Shown piece by piece: positions 62,733 to 64,000 of a DNA stretch of 64,000 bases (positions are counted from its first letter, which is position 1; every line of letters begins with the position of its first letter). Origin of the DNA: an uncultured Faecalibacterium sp. (GTDB lineage Bacteria > Bacillota > Clostridia > Oscillospirales > Acutalibacteraceae); assembly GCA_964403085.1 (NCBI GenBank), contig CAYOEN010000002.1:7715-71714 (forward strand). The letters run 5' to 3'. The translations under genes were made by a program, and so were the position numbers. The notes under the pieces are model-generated. The model did no database searches and was not told the DNA's origin. It worked only from the letters and a program-made list of their open reading frames with translations.

Positions 62733-64000
62733 CTATACGAGCGATGAAGGGTTAATGTCCGCAAAGACCGTAACATCGCTGAAGGTTTTGCTTGCGCCGA
62801 ATTCAACAAGCAGGTCTGAAATAATCTTTCTGAACGCAGGACTGTTCCTGCATTTAATAATAATTCTATATCTAAATTTGTTATTAACCTTTGCGACGCG
62901 CGGCGGCATCACAGGCAAAGCGATAACTTTTATGTTTTTCTTTTCTTTGTCAACCGCACTGCGAAACTTTTCAAGAAAAAGCTGAGCGGCTGAAAGCGCC
63001 GGAAGTTCGTTTTCGCTGACAGCGCAAACAGTGCAAATGTCACAAAACGGAGGATAGGTCAAATAGCGCCTAATCTCTATTTCGTTATCATAAAAAGCGT
63101 TGTAATTTTGCGCTTTTGCGAGATTTATCACGTTGTTCTCCGGCGTTGTTGTCTGGATGATCGCAGTGCCTTTTGTTTTTCCGCGACCACTTCTTCCGAC
63201 AACCTGAGTTAAAAGGTCAAAGGTGAGCTCTTCACTTCTGAAATCATCGTTATATAATTGCTGGTCGGCGTTGATAACACCGACGAGCGTAACGTTTTCG
63301 AAATCAAGACCCTTCGCAACCATTTGCGTGCCGAGCATTATATCGTATTCATTGTTTCCGAAAGCTGTGATATTCTTTTCAAAAGAATATCGACCGGAGT
63401 TTGAGTCAGTATCCATTCGCAAAATTCTTGCCTGCGGCAAAAGATTATGCAACTGCTCTTCTATTCGCTGAGTACCGTATCCGGAATATCGAACGTGATC
63501 TTTTCCGCAGATATCGCATTTGGTTTTAAAATCGGTTGTATAACCGCAATAATGACACATGAGTTTTTTGTTTGACAAATGGAACGTCAGAGAAATGCTG
63601 CAATTCGGGCAGGTTACAACGCTTCCGCAACTGTCGCAGGCAACAAATGTGTTATATCCGCGTCGGTTGATAAGGAGGATGGATTGCTTTTTGGCATCGA
63701 GATTCGCTTTTAATTCATTGATAAGCTGTGTGCTGATTAGATACTTGTTGCCCTTTTGGCGTTCCGCTTTCATATCAACGACTGAGACATCGGGCAAAAC
63801 AGCGTCACCGTAACGCTCATTCAGAGTTTCAAGCGAATAAACGCCTTTTTTGGCGAGCGAGTAGCTTTCGATGCTCGGAGTCGCCGAGGAAAGTAAAAGC
63901 AGCGCATTGTGCCATTTTGCCCTGAATTTTGCGACGTCCCTCGCGTGGTATCGCGGAGAAGATTCGGATTTATATGTGTGCTCTTGTTCTTCGTCAATAA
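62733..64000 (-). CDS. priA: primosomal protein N' (PriA), C-terminal part; gene continues beyond the window
   Basis: Helicase C-half with Zn-binding CxxC clusters (CDSCGSVVTCPNCS, CHYCGY, CDICG). The reading frame stays open upstream of the track start 63797 to the window edge (…LLLLSSATPSIESYSLAKKGVYSLETLNERYGDAV…). Confidence 0.85.
   Translation of the reverse strand, partial: IDEEQEHTYKSESSPRYHARDVAKFRAKWHNALLLLSSATPSIESYSLAKKGVYSLETLNERYGDAVLPDVSVVDMKAERQKGNKYLISTQLINELKANLDAKKQSILLINRRGYNTFVACDSCGSVVTCPNCSISLTFHLSNKKLMCHYCGYTTDFKTKCDICGKDHVRYSGYGTQRIEEQLHNLLPQARILRMDTDSNSGRYSFEKNITAFGNNEYDIMLGTQMVAKGLDFENVTLVGVINADQQLYNDDFRSEELTFDLLTQVVGRSGRGKTKGTAIIQTTTPENNVINLAKAQNYNAFYDNEIEIRRYLTYPPFCDICTVCAVSENELPALSAAQLFLEKFRSAVDKEKKNIKVIALPVMPPRVAKVNNKFRYRIIIKCRNSPAFRKIISDLLVEFGASKTFSDVTVFADINPSSLV

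Overview
64-kb chromosomal window from a spore-forming Firmicute. Gene content and synteny look like Clostridia, Oscillospiraceae/Ruminococcaceae-like, but the taxon cannot be proven from sequence alone. I support about 62 protein-coding genes, 2 tRNAs (Lys-UUU, Leu-UAG), one cobalamin riboswitch, a LexA box, and several promoters and intrinsic terminators. I saw no rRNA, CRISPR array, IS element or prophage. From 0 to 47.7 kb almost everything is on the + strand: yceD-rpmF, DUF512-der, a B12-riboswitch operon, MFS-WYL-SDR, pgm, lipase-like, two oxidoreductases, guaB-metF-split metH, trxA plus a mini-FTR, dinB, MBOAT-DHHW, nagA, apgM, a two-component system, rlmD, cwlD, radA and a Xer-type recombinase. 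From 47.7 to 64 kb genes run on the - strand in a conserved Bacillus-like block: priA(partial)-def-fmt-rsmB-rlmN-stp-prkC-rsgA-spoVM, parE-parC, tgt-yajC. The best candidate for an undescribed system is the operon at 3.5-10 kb. There a cobalamin riboswitch gates an ECF transporter module together with a secreted PQQ-like beta-propeller and two transcobalamin-like (DUF4430) surface proteins, which I read as a putative Gram-positive corrinoid-capture apparatus. Secondary leads are: (1) a highly codon-biased SDR with a zinc-ribbon fusion next to a WYL regulator; (2) a minimal SPSTG sorting-signal peptide; (3) a shared C-terminal amphipathic tail on three secreted proteins; (4) an orphan consensus promoter firing antisense into tRNA-Lys; (5) an AT-rich, repeat-laden 580-bp region with a perfect 33-bp palindrome abutting the recombinase RBS; (6) an unlisted spoVM plus a 48-aa membrane ORF. 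All calls come from reading motifs by eye; no database search was run.
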